A DNA stretch of 63,801 bases, filler included, from Folioceros fuciformis (Eukaryota), in the NCBI GenBank assembly GCA_049999805.1. It is 7 parts of 7 records of this genome, joined end to end, with 100 filler letters (N's around TTAATTAATTAA, not from the genome) between each part and the next. Parts side by side here need not be neighbours in the genome. Positions count along the whole stretch, not along the records: positions 35,843 to 39,760 come from JBNGIO010001686.1; positions 39,861 to 43,315 come from JBNGIO010001687.1; positions 43,416 to 57,793 come from JBNGIO010001688.1; 4 more parts are not named here. One strand, given 5' to 3'. The notes under the pieces were generated by a model that saw only the letters and a list, made by a program, of their open reading frames with translations, had not been told where the DNA came from and ran no database searches. Numbering within the stretch: the stretch's first letter is position 1; each line of letters starts with the position of its first letter. Made by a program: the position numbers and the translations under genes. Positions 35,743-48,161 of this stretch are shown here, one piece after another.

Positions 35743-36301
35743 NNNNNNNNNNNNNNNNNNNNNNNNNNNNNNNNNNNNNNNNNNNNTTAATTAATTAANN
35801 NNNNNNNNNNNNNNNNNNNNNNNNNNNNNNNNNNNNNNNNNNATAGAGTCACTATACAAGGGAGCTCAAGGGGGTATTTATACCCCCTAGAAGAGCTCCC
35901 TAGGAAGCTTCACAAGAAGCGCATAGGAAGCTGCTCAAGAAGCTTCCTACAAATTAGCTTAAGCTAATCTAAACTAATGGTACTTAATTAGACACTAATC
36001 TTAGACTAAACACATTAGTCTAAGCACATTGGGCTTTAATAACCCTACAGTTGTCATCCACTCACCCACTCTTGTTTGGGTTCTTTTGTGTGTGCTGACT
36101 GATACCACGGGAAGCCACGGGATTTAACATTGTGCCCAACAATGAAAGCTGTTTCAGTGACAGCTACTTCACCTCAAAAGAGGAGGAACAGGATGTCAGC
36201 TCTTGGGGCGATGCAGATGCTCGCGTAAGCAGAGATAAAAGGCCCAGGGTGCAAGTTTTGAAGAGGAGCCTACACGGGTAGTAGAGGCAAGCACAGAAAA
36301 G

Positions 36302-38924
36302 TTGGAGAGGGTTGCGCAAGACGAAAATAATTTGAATGCAGTCCACAGGAAAGCCCATGCAAAGCGGATTCGATCAACAACATTTGATCTTCATGTCAAC
36401 ATCCTTCATCTAGCCAGTTACATAACAGCAAATGCATAGATATGGGAGATAGATAAAGCGTGGATGAAGTGCCAGGTCAGACAGATGCAAGCAGGGTTAG
36501 TTAAGGAAGGCATTTTGCCTCTACTTTGTATGATAGATCCTAAAAAGGCTTCGAAGAAAGAAGTTTTGTTGAACAAGATCACAACGCAATAGTATCACAT
36601 GGGAGTGCTTGGAGAAAACCAATGCTTCATAGCTATGCAGAAGTTGTACCACATGTTCCCAGCTAAGACAAGTATGAAAGGATGGAGGGGCATGTATATG
36701 CAGGACTAACACAGGAGGAAATGAGGGTGCTCGCAGTTGATCATAATGTATATGCTAACAAGAGAAAGAGAATGGGCTTCATTGAGCAAGTTAAGTATAT
36801 CCATGATGAGCTTGATATCTTTTACAGAAAACACGGCTTGGATGAGAAGTCCCCTGTGAAGTGGAAGTTCAACCTATACAGGTTGCTTGGAATGAAGGCT
36901 GAAGGAGGAGACCCTCGCGACACTGATTGGGTGCAGAAAATGGTAGACAGGCAGACATTACCATATCGAGTGGCCAGGTGTAGTGGGATCCTGTGGAAAA
37001 ACATGGATAGGATATTCCTAATGTGGGAGAGGAGTGAGCTCCCTGAACATGTAGTAGGAGGAAGCCATGGGACAAAGAAACGTGCAAAAGCAAAGAGGAA
37101 ACCTGAGGAAGCTAGACTCGCTTCTAGTGGTGCATAGATGTTGGATTAGTCATCAAAGAAGGTTGCAGCAATGCAAGGAAGGCCTTGGAGGGCTTTTCAG
37201 GGAGTCCTAGTAGGGCTTAAAGGCAAGGAAATGCTAATAGCTGTGACGCAAAAGGTCATCCAAGGCAAGCTGCACTTGAAAGACATGGACACGGAGGTAG
37301 GGAAGAAGAAAAAGGTACATATGATACAACATGCTCTCAAGATAGCTTTGAAGTGTGCAACATTTCGGGAAGCGGAAGAGTTGTATCCCCAGCACACAAA
37401 AGACTGCCGTCTACTCAAGTTCCAAACTTTATTTGCTAGGAAGGTACGTTTTCCATTTCTTGAACTACGGGAGGAAGGGGGAGGGCGTCGGCCAGCCGGC
37501 GCCCTTCCTCTAGTGAATGCTCCACCCTAGCTTTCAAACGGAAGGAAGGGGGAGGGCGCCGGCTGACCGGCTCCCTCCCCCTTCTTCCCGTATGAAAGCC
37601 AGGGTGCCTATAGGGCAAAGTCATGGAAGATGTGACTTGGGGGCACTGTTTGGCCGACGCCCCCCCCCCCCTATCGCTCCCTTTTGTCTCTGCAATTGCA
37701 TATGGACGAAGTTACACCTAGTGCAAGCTTGCTCATGTATAATTTGTTGTTTTTGGGTTCCAGCAATTGAAGGATGTCGAGCATCTCTTAAAACTTCCCG
37801 AGGAGTTTCAGAAAGGTCTCGACAATGAGCAAAGGGCAATGGTAGACAGGGACTTGCAGGATGGGTTGTTCACCTACAAGTCCAATACGTCGTGGAAGCT
37901 TGGACAGTTCAAGATATGAGGGGATACATGCGCCACCGAAACTATGGCCTTTCAGTGATGGATGTTCCAAGGGGGTTTGAGATTGGACCTATGGATGGCC
38001 GTGTTGATGGAGGAGTATTCCACAATGTGTTCGCTAGCTTTGTTGAGAAAACAACAAACGATGATGTTTTGCTGGTCGTTATGCATGGTGTGGAAGATGC
38101 GCACACTATGAGAGACTCTATGAGGAAACTGTGTAAGGGGGTGGCCTGGTCTCATTTGTCTGGAACAAGACAAACATAGCAAACGATAGAGAAGGTTTTG
38201 AGACTGTGGAATATGTAAAAATTGGTTGGTGTGTAAAGGCAGGAAGTAGTAAAGGATGCACCACGATGATGCCAGGTCCACAGCAGGGAACCTTCAATGG
38301 TGGAAGATCTATTATACCACACGAAACCGTCATCAAAAAACATGTCTACTTCTCCCACGATAAGTGTGTCATTTGCCCATATTAGAGACCATTGGGGTTA
38401 ATGGGGATGATTATGCATAGCTTCAGCAGGGAGGGGAAGTGGGTTGTGGATGCGTGCTTAGCAGCGGGACTACTTTGTTGGTAGCGTTGCTTAGTGGACG
38501 ACATTGCGTTGCAAAAGAGGGAGACAAGAGATGCACTACCTATATTCCTCAGTGAATCCATGGGTATGAAGTGCTCCATGATGCAGAGGAAGAGCTAACT
38601 TTTGAGCCGCATCAACGAGGACCTTCCCAATTTCGAGCCAAGGAGGTTTGCATAAGCGAGAAAGACTTCACACGGGCTCAGGTTGTTTCTCTAACTACAA
38701 AGCGAAGGATCCGGCAAGCCACCGAGGCCTTGGAACACGGTTAGCAAACTCTCTAGAGTGTATGGGAGGGCCCTAATGGTGAGGATGGTGGTGATGAAAA
38801 CACTACAGTTGATGATAAGGCGCTAGAGGAGATTGACAACTTCAATGTAGACGATAGCTCGCGCCTGCACAATGTCAATGTTGTGTTGGATTCTGAGGCT
38901 CACCAAGATCCTCCTGTGGCATAG
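36302..38924 (+). pseudogene. Pseudogenised ParB/Srx-like domain + beta-class N4-cytosine/N6-adenine DNA methyltransferase fusion, one intron (37444-37763)
   Basis: Stitched translation: *IWEIDKAW...LPLLCMIDP...VLGENQ...VYAGLTQEEMRVLAVDHN (ParB-like); then YGLSVMDVPRG, FVWNKTN, VEYVKIG, PY*RPLGLMGMIMHSFSREGKWVVDAC/xSGTTLLVALLSGRHCVAKEGD (N6_N4_Mtase motif order). Confidence 0.8.
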
Positions 38925-40035
38925 AGTTTTCATAGAGTTGAGACAAGTTTTTGTAAATTGCTAATGTAGGAAAGAAAACTTGACATGTTCAATGCCTGAC
39001 CTTTCTGTTACATGGTATGATATTCATTTGGAGCCCACTCCATTTTGTCATTAAATAAGAAGCGGGCGCCGGTCGGCTGGCGCCCTCCCCGCTTGTCGTC
39101 CTGCATGCGTGCTGCGAACTCCCTGCATTTCATTGCCGGTTGTAGGGTAATAGGCTTAAGGATTCCGGTCATACGTCGATCTGATGTATACTACGAATGG
39201 TGTAGCTTTTTGTCAAGGCGGTCTACCCCTCTACTAAGGGGGGCAGGACATTAACATGTTGTAACTTTCTCATGTTGGCTCTTGAAGAGCTCTAGCACTA
39301 TGTGGCCTTAGTCACAGCATAGCACACGGACCTTTCGGAGGCCAAGTGGCGTCTAGAGTATTGAACACTTCGGAGAATGGTGGTAGACACTATCCAGCAA
39401 CTAGACGACTGTCATGCTGTGCCGCTAAACATCGCACTCATGCATGGTTCATTAGTTAACAATACTCACACTACACCACACCACACCACACCACATTACA
39501 CACACATTAAACACTGCATGTTGGTGCTGCAGCTTTATAAGAGTGAAGCGTTTGCTTCCTTCAGATACCACAAAATCTCCAGTTGCATCCACACTTCTCA
39601 GAGCTATGACTTGGTGTGGAGACCACATGGTAGATAGGTCTCTTAGAAGATGGGTAGTATTTGTTTTTTTTGGAGTTTTGATAGAATTCCTTGGAGAGGT
39701 AATTAGGAAACTATGTTAGATAGGGCTAGATTAGATAGGATGATCAGGGGATAGCGGTGGNNNNNNNNNNNNNNNNNNNNNNNNNNNNNNNNNNNNNNNN
39801 NNNNTTAATTAATTAANNNNNNNNNNNNNNNNNNNNNNNNNNNNNNNNNNNNNNNNNNNNACAAAGAAAAATAGGAAATATGACCAGAAAATCAAGGAAA
39901 ATTAGGGAAAATAAGTTGAAAAAGAAAACCAAACCATACCACTATTAACCCTTTTTCAACCAAAACAAACTACTACCCCAAACTTTGGAGGTTCACACAG
40001 GCGCCGATCCAGGTCTCGTCCTTGGAGGCGTCGAT

Positions 40036-41067
40036 TTAGATCTGGCAGGAGCCCTGCGAGGTGGAGTTCCTGCTGGACTCAGATCCCAAGGTTCCGACAT
40101 ACTCGAATACCATCTTTCTTGATTCTGCCTCGATTGACATGTGCGTCAAGAGTGCGGCAACTTCAGAGATGACATCATCCTTGGTTCTTCCTTCGGGTAA
40201 TCTTTCTGGCAATTTCGAGGAGAAATTTGGCAAGATCTGTTGAAGATTGATGAAAGTTGCTCTTTCCGGCTCAGCAGGTACTGCCTTTGACACTTGCTGC
40301 TTTGACGCTCTCTCCAGGTGCGCAACCTGTGTGAAGAGTGTGTTCAGGTCTTTCGACAGATGTCTGCACCTATTATTGATGTCGTCAATCTTGCAGCGAA
40401 GTTGTTCTTCTTGGACTTCGCGCATTCGCCGGAAGTCGTACAATGTGGCGTGCGCGTGACGGCACTCCTCTGCAAATCATTCAAGAAGCACCTTCGAGAA
40501 CACTTCTACTTGGCCAGTGATCAATCCGGGTGTGCGCGCAGTCAGCTGGTACCCGCTTCTTCCACAATGATTGCAAGACGACCCCACGTGGTGAGTGTGA
40601 CCAGGCGTGCTCTGCTGTGGTAAGCTTGAAAAGAACGACTGCTGGTCTGCAATATTGTTGAAGGGAGATGCTACTGGCCTTTGTGGATTGAAGGTGCGCT
40701 TAGAGCGGCCATTGCGAGGCATTGTTTAGAGTGACATACCTTGTGCAAGATTGTGGGCAGAAAAACCTGTGTGCGACGGACCGGGTTGGCTATACGAGTA
40801 CCCTAGTGTGTGATTTGACACTAGGATATCAGTGTAGCTTGACCTCGGTCTGTCGCTCTAGTTTCTTTGTCTAGAGTAGACAGCCTTGTATGCTGACCTC
40901 TTTTCTGCCGTGGCTACGACTTTGGACTCCTGTGGATTAAATGCATTCTGGGTAGGCGGCGCTTTGTACTGACTGTGTTGAGTTGCGCTTTGGAGGGCAA
41001 AAGACAGATCAGGACGCGTGTGACGTGCAAGAAACTGCAGCCTACCGAGTTGAGTGCGAGGATCCAT
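40036..41067 (-). pseudogene. About 343-codon reading frame broken by three stops; degenerate zinc knuckle and coiled coil; probably retroelement-derived
   Basis: ORFs 40858-41067, 40477-40722 and 40036-40443 share one frame, separated only by TAG, TAA and TGA. Motifs are LQFLARHTRPDLSFA and CNHCGRSG. Confidence 0.55.
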
Positions 41068-43159
41068 CAGGGCTACTACGAATTCTTAGCGGAAAGCACA
41101 TCTGCACTATGAGTAGTAGTGATTGACGGCGTTTGCCAAGAATGCGTCTGCCAGACTCCCAAATCGGGTGAGTGAGACTCTGAGTGATGCTATCACTGCT
41201 CTAAAATGCTCGTGAGCAAGATTTTTAATGCAGCACTCGAACTTGCAGGTCTTACACACACGCGATGGAGGCTTTGCAGATTCCATAGCATGCCTCTGAT
41301 ACCATAGCGTAGGATCGGTAGCACACGGCGTAGAGAGGAAGCTTAGAAAATCAGAATAGCCACTTGTGAATGTGGGTGTAAGGCCATAAGAGGCCGTGTC
41401 ATGTGAACCGGTACGGCGGTTGACTGTTAACGCTACGATTGTGCACTTGTTCATGCACTTATATAATAAATATATATATGTGTAACTATTCGCTTAACGA
41501 CCTAAACTATGCATGACGCCGGGATACGGGCTAGTTAGGGCAACCTATCTCGCTAATTCGATCCCAAGGGAATGAGTTGTGTTAAATAACACAGGCTTTC
41601 TCACAAAAGTCAGTGACTACCCAAGGTTAGTGTTTCTCATCTATCGTTCACCTACCGCCTATTCAACTACCTTGACCTTATCGCGACTCGACTACCACCG
41701 TCGCCCCCTCAACTACCTTAACCCTGGACTACCTGACGGTCTACTCGGCTACTGGGTGGGGTGCCACACCACTACCGGTCTTCGACTACTTAGTCGCCCC
41801 TACGGCTACCGCTATGCTCGGCTACTCCCGTTGCCCCTCCACAATGGTCGCCCAACCGACTTCCTCAGTGGGGTCCACCCTCTCTCTCTCTATCTCTCTC
41901 TCTCTAATTTACCCCACGGGTTACTTTTCCGGCTTGTGCCTCCTAACGGACGTGATCCGCCCCGGTCCTCTCTCTCTCACTTACGATCGCTCCTCCCTCA
42001 CGACTCACACCCTTCCTCCCACTCACGGTTGCTCACTGCCCCTCACAGGGCTCATCGGCGTTTAGCTTACACACACACACACATACACAGTTCCAAAAAA
42101 TCTGTCAGCACCATCTCAGCTCACTCACGCGCCCTGATCCCGACTCCAGATTAGTTTTCCACATACGCACCCACACCACTACGCTTCGGTTGCACGTGTA
42201 TATAGACTTTTCTTTGATTCACGGGTTTTTTTTCCAGCACATAGCCATCCCTAGCTCTTCTCTCTCTCTTGCGTTTCAGCTGTTCACTCACAAGCCACGG
42301 TCTCGGTTCCGCAGCGCGTCACGCTCACCTTTCCAGATACAACCCTCGGTCACCCACCGCTCACACATCAGTCACACTGGATCCCTAGTTATTCAGTCAC
42401 TCCATCTTCCGTCGCCACACTCACGACTCGCGTCCCCTCACAGTTCTCACAACAGCAGTCACCCAGCACTGCACTCTTACTACCAACGCACGTTCATCAA
42501 CGCTCTTACTCACACACTCTCATTTCTCAATCCACTTGCGACTCTCGACTTCTCTCACCAACGCGCCCCTTCAAGGCCTTCTCCTCCCTTTGAAGTTTGA
42601 AGGAATGATGGGTCACCGCAGGCTAAGGGAAGGGGTTTCCACTTCCACTCCAAACTCGCGGATTTGGCTTCCGACACTCTCACCACTCCACGCAATCATC
42701 CTGAGGATAGCTGGGGAGCTCGTCTCCCACTCGGCGAGGTCCCTCCTCCCGATTCGTCCCCGGAGCCCGGTTGCGGAGCATCCACCACCTGCACCCACAC
42801 CCTTAGAACACTACGTGCGCTCGCTTGCTTGGACCTCCTGTCTAGCAACGGCCATCGCTAGGCTTCCACAAGGTTGGAATGTTGGGCTGGTTTCTTGCTG
42901 ATTTTTCCGAGGCCTCAAACTGGCCTCTTGTACACGATAGTGGTGGTCTTTCCGCCATAAAGACTGTCAGGGGTCAGTTAGCGCTCCTAAATTCTGAACG
43001 GCTTAGGTCCAAGCAAAAGCAATCTAAAAAAAAACTAGTCTAGACTATAATTACTATCACCTCTCTTTTTGCCGCTGGCGCCTTCCTCCTGGCCGTCGCG
43101 CTCCTCCTCCCCCTATTGGTCCACCTCTGGCCCTCCTACCTCGCCTCTGGTCAGGCAGG

Positions 43160-43315
43160 TGTGGAGGCAAAACCCAGGCACTGATTGCCGACGGGTTCCA
43201 CCTTTAGTGGCCACACTTATCCCACTGTCGTTGAGACATTGGATTTCATTCCCACGAAGGAGCGATGGGGTTCCTTGCTGCTGTGGATGGAGGGTCGGAC
43301 TCAATCGACTCGATG
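43160..43315. mobile_element. LTR-like repeat, copy 3 (truncated by gap)
   Basis: Near-identical to the 5' part of the copy at 21347. Confidence 0.7.
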
Positions 43316-43415
43316 NNNNNNNNNNNNNNNNNNNNNNNNNNNNNNNNNNNNNNNNNNNNTTAATTAATTAANNNNNNNNNNNNNNNNNNNNNNNNNNNNN
43401 NNNNNNNNNNNNNNN

Positions 43416-43760
43416 TTGATTGAGATAGGCTTGATCAATCAAGGGAGGCAGTGAAATTGAGAACGATAGGCTTGATTGAGATAGGCTTGATCAATCAAGG
43501 GAGGCAGTGAAATTGAGAACGATAGGCTTGATTGAGATAGGCTTGATCAATCAAGGGAGGCAGTGAAATTGAGAACGATAGGCTTGATTGAGATAGGCTT
43601 GATCAATCAAGGCAGGCAGTGAAATTGAGAACGATAGGCTTGATTGAGATAGGCTTGATCAATCAAGGGAGGCAGTGAAATTGAGAGCGATAGGCTTGAT
43701 CAATCAAGGGAGAGGCGATAGGCTTGATCAATCCTCGCAGTGAAACTAAGAACGATAGGC
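43416..43760. repeat. 56-bp tandem repeat (about 5-6 copies) continuous with copia RNase H sequence
   Basis: Unit TTGATTGAGATAGGCTTGATCAATCAAGGGAGGCAGTGAAATTGAGAACGATAGGC, period 56. Confidence 0.9.
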
Positions 43761-46700
43761 TTGAATCCCAACTCTTCTAATAGACTACGCAACCATATCC
43801 ATGGCTGCAGAGCATGTTGACATGAACTCTGCTTCGGTAGAAGACAAAGCAATAGTAGATTGTCTCCTACTATTCCAAGAAATAGCTCCTCCATTCAACA
43901 TAAAAGGCATATTCAGTAGTTGACTTATGACTATTAACATCTCCTGCCCAATCAAAATCACAATGTCCTACCAATTTGGCTTCAAACTGATGCCTTTGTT
44001 GATACACCAAATTCCAATCCTTCGTACCATTCAAGTACCTAATGATCCTTTTTACGGCTTGAAAATGTTGTCCAGGGTTAGCCATGAATTGACTTGCAAC
44101 TCCCACTACCTCTACAATGTCTGGCCTTGTCCCTGTAGACAAATATGTAAGGCAGCCAACAATGCATTGCTAGAGAGTTTTATCTACATTTGCCTTCTCT
44201 TCCTCGATCGTAGGACTCATCTCCTTCGACAACTTCTTATTCAACACCATTGGTATCTTTACTGGCTTGCAGTCTTGCATCCCAAAGCGCTTAAGAACGT
44301 TCTCAATGTATGTCCTTTGACTCAAAGAGATCATCCTGTTAGTCATGTGCCTCATTACCTTTATCCCTAGAAAGTAATGAAGTTCTCCTAGATCTCTCAT
44401 GTCAAAACTATCATTGAGACTTTTCTTCGTACTCTTCAAGAGATCCAAATCATTGCAAACTAAAATGAGATCATCAACATAGAAAGCAATGATCATCATG
44501 GACTCTCCTACTCTCTTCACATTGATGTTCCAATCTCCATTAGTTTTCTTGAAACCTCTAGCCAAGAAGAACTTATCAATCTTCACATACCACGTAAGTG
44601 CATATTACTTAAGGCCATAGATTGCCTTTCGCAATTTACATACCTCATCTTCTCGACCTATTACTTCATACCCTTCTGGCCGATTCATGTAGATTTCTTC
44701 TTCCAAATCTCCATTGAGAAATGCCGTTTGGACATCCATGTGATGTATCTCCAGATCCATGGTAGCCGCTATCGCTAAGAGTTCACGAATGGATGTTATC
44801 TTGGCAACAGGGGAGAAAGTGTTGGTGTAATCAATACCTGGCACTTGTGTATATCCCTTCCCAACCATCCTTGCCTTGTAACACTCTATGCTCCCGTCGG
44901 CGTTGTGCTTGATCTTGAACACCCATTTCGATCCTATGCACTTCCTTCCTTGAGGAAGAGGAGTGATCTCCCAAGTCTTGTTCTTGATGAGTGAGTTATA
45001 CTCATTATCTAGAGCTCCTTTCCACTCCTTCGCCTTTGGTCCTTCCAACACTTTCTTCAATGTTTGTGGCTCATCGGCCTCTACTAACAGAGCCACTTCA
45101 TACTCACATGCATTCATGGACTCCAAGATCTTGTGTGAAGGTTTCCATCGTCTTGTTGATCTTCTGAGTTGGGTTGGTTGTTCCTCTTGGATTCTTCGAT
45201 CTTGCTCTTCTTCATCATCTTCGATGCTTCGAGTTTCTTCATCTCCTACGTCGTCTTGATGCAGAGGTTGCTCATGCTCCAGAGTAGGTTGAGTTTGCTC
45301 CAACGTATGTTGCTCAAGAACCAAATCTTGAGGGACTTCATCTAGTTGCCTCAACTCCTTGACAACAACTTGAGTTGCTCCCACTGTTTTGTTAGGTTCC
45401 ACAACTTCATGAAAAACAACATTTCTATTGAAGATGATCTTCTTGGTAGAAGGGCTATACAACCTATACCCTTTTACCTCATCGGAGCACCCAAGCATGA
45501 TGCATTGGGTGCCTTTAGGATCCCACTTGGCCCGATTCTGTTTCGGAACATGAGCATGAACCACAGAACCAAAAATCCTAAAATGACTTACATTTGGTTT
45601 GATACTAAACCGTGCCTCCTCCGGAGTCATTCCAAGCACAGCCTTAGTTGGAACTCTATTCAAAATGTAAGTTGATGTAATAACAGCCTCTCCCCAAAAA
45701 CATGCCTCCAACCCACTTTGATGGAGCATGCATTTTGCCGCTTCCACTAGGCTTCTTAGCTTGCGCTTCGCTACTCCATTTTTCTCTGGTGTGTGAGGAA
45801 TTGTGAGTTGTCTTTGAATGCCATACTCCTTGCAAAAGCTTTTGAGTTGAGACGAGATGTACTCCCCTCCATTGTCACTTCTCAGAGTCTTAAGGCATTC
45901 TCCACTCTCGTTTTCCACCAAGGCCTTCCACACCTTAAATGTGTTGAACACCTCGGATTTCTCCTTCAAGAGATACGTCCAACTCCTTCTTGTGAAGTCA
46001 TCCACGAAGACTAGAATGTAGCGCGCTCCGCCATGGGTAGGATTCTTCATTGGTCCGCACACATAGGTGTGTACAAGCTTCAACGCCTTTGTTGCTCGAC
46101 GCACTCCGATCTTGAGGAACTTTGTTCGATGAAGTTTTCTCATTATGCACCCTTGGCATAATTACGGCTCTCCATCCTCCTTCAAATCCAAGCCTTTCAC
46201 CATTTGATGACTCTTCATCAACTTGATGTTGTCCACTCCAGTATGTCCTAAGCGTTGATGCCATAGATCAATTGACCCTGTGCTTTGAGGCGAGCTTGAC
46301 ACAATTGTGTAAGCTTCTTTATCTCCTACAGAAGCACACAACTTGTAGAGATTGCCTTCTCGAACACCTCGAACTATCACCTTGACAGTAGGTGATTTGG
46401 GTTGCTCGGGTTGGTTGCGGCATCCTTTCCAATTGAACACAATCTCATTTCCTGGGTCAGTGATTCGTGCTACTGAAAGAATATTCTTCGCAAGACCAGG
46501 TACATGGTGTACATCCTTGATAGTACCTTTGGATACTCCTCCAAGTAGGTTTACCTTCATCACGCCTTTCCTTTTGATCTCATGTGACCAATTGTCTCCA
46601 AGTGCCACCTTATGCCCTATCGGCATTTCTTTGTAGCTTGAGATCCAAGGTCATTTGTAGGTGAAGTGTTGAGATGCTCCAGAGTCTACGTATAGACTCT

Positions 46701-48161
46701 CATCCTTCTTTGATGAGCACTCTCGCACTTGCTCTATTGTTGAAGCAACAAACATATGTTCTTCCCGCCCACTTGCTTGATTGACTTGTGACTATCTTCC
46801 CTTCTTCAAGTCAGCCAATCTTGTCCTACAGTCTTTTGCATAGTGGTTAGGTTTCTTACAGTAATGGCAAGTACCCTACGTCTTCTTCTTTGTAGCTTTT
46901 TGCTTTGATCCTTCACCAAAGTTGTCTTGTGAGGTCTTTCCTTGTGACTTTCCCTACCTTGAAAAGAGTATTGAGTCACCATTGTCTTCATTCTTGAATG
47001 AATTCTCCAGCTCCTCTTGTAGAAGCAAACCAACCACCTCTTCCAACATTGCTTGTTTGTCGCTTGGACGCATCGATGCCGCTATCTTAAAGGCCAAAAC
47101 AAATTGCTTGTACAGTGATGGTAAGCTACTCAACAACACCACAATGATCCTTCCTTCGGATGGTTTGATGTCCGCTGCCTTCATTTGATCACCCAAGTTC
47201 TTTAACTTGTTGACGTGTTGTTGAATGGTGTCCCCTTCAACCATCTTGAAGTTCGAAAGTTGTTGCTCCAACATCTCATTCACCATACTTCTCTTTTCGT
47301 ACATGTTGCAAAGGGTGCTCCACGCCTTCTTCGATGTTGCACACTCACTCAATTGAGAGAGTATGTAGTCAGACACTTTGAGAAGGATTGTCGTCAATGC
47401 TCGTCCATCCTTATCAAGGTCTCCTTCGGTGGGTGTGTCTTCGAGGCCCTTGTCGACGAATTTCCATACTCCTCTCTCAATGAGAAGCATCTTCATCTTC
47501 AACTTCCACAATGTGAAGTTCTTGCCTCCAAACTTCTCCACCAACCGCGTCTCAAGAAGGCGTGTCTCCACCCTTGTTGACCCCATCTATTGTATGCTCT
47601 CACTTCACTCTCAAGCACTAGAAGGATTGCTACCAAGTCCTTCACAATTGCACACAAGCACAAGGCTAAGAGTTTGGCTATTGCACGCAAGTTCTCACAA
47701 GCATCAAGCTAAGAACTATGCAATACAAGTTGACACAAGCATCCAACTAGGAGAAGTCTACAAGGCACTAGTACATTGCTCTAATATCATGTTAATAAGA
47801 AAAGGATCTACGCCTTTATAAAGAAGTCATACAATGTTCCCACACAGTATGGGACATAAGTGTGCTAGGCACACTTGTACAACAAGATGGCACACAAGCC
47901 TACACACAAGTATGCACTACCCTTGGGTAGCCTAGACCTTTATAAGCTTTTAGGCCTTCCATGCTATTGGTCCTTGACTTGCCCCTTCCCTTGTGGGCTT
48001 GACTTTGGCGTGCCCCTTCAAGATGCTCCTTTGTCTTTATGTAGAAGATGCTTCCTAGTCCTTATCTAGAAAACTCATTTTTATGGCACCTTTCATATAG
48101 ACTAGTTTAGGGCACTCTTCATAAACTTATTTTGATATGTTGTAATCAACCATTTCTAACA
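43760..48161 (-). mobile_element. Ty1/copia LTR retrotransposon, frameshifted; 5' LTR about 47790-48161, PBS about 47778-47789
   Basis: Domain order is gag (KNFTLWKLKM, 46954-47586), protease (YVDSGASQH), pre-integrase (LWHQRLGH), integrase (VDDFTR, LRSDNGGEY), RT (HMDVQTAFLNG, YVDDLIL) and RNase H (DFDWAGD). The LTR runs TGTTAG...TTAACA and is followed by TGATATTAGAGC (decayed Met-tRNA PBS). Confidence 0.95.

Noticed and set aside
36302-41067. Stops in the pseudogenes could be repaired by U-to-C RNA editing
   Set aside because: Such editing is known only in organelles. The MTase relic also has frameshifts, and 5mC deamination explains the stops more simply.
43416-43760. CRISPR-like look of the regularly spaced palindromic repeat
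   Set aside because: There are no unique spacers or cas genes, the context is eukaryotic, and the units derive from copia sequence.
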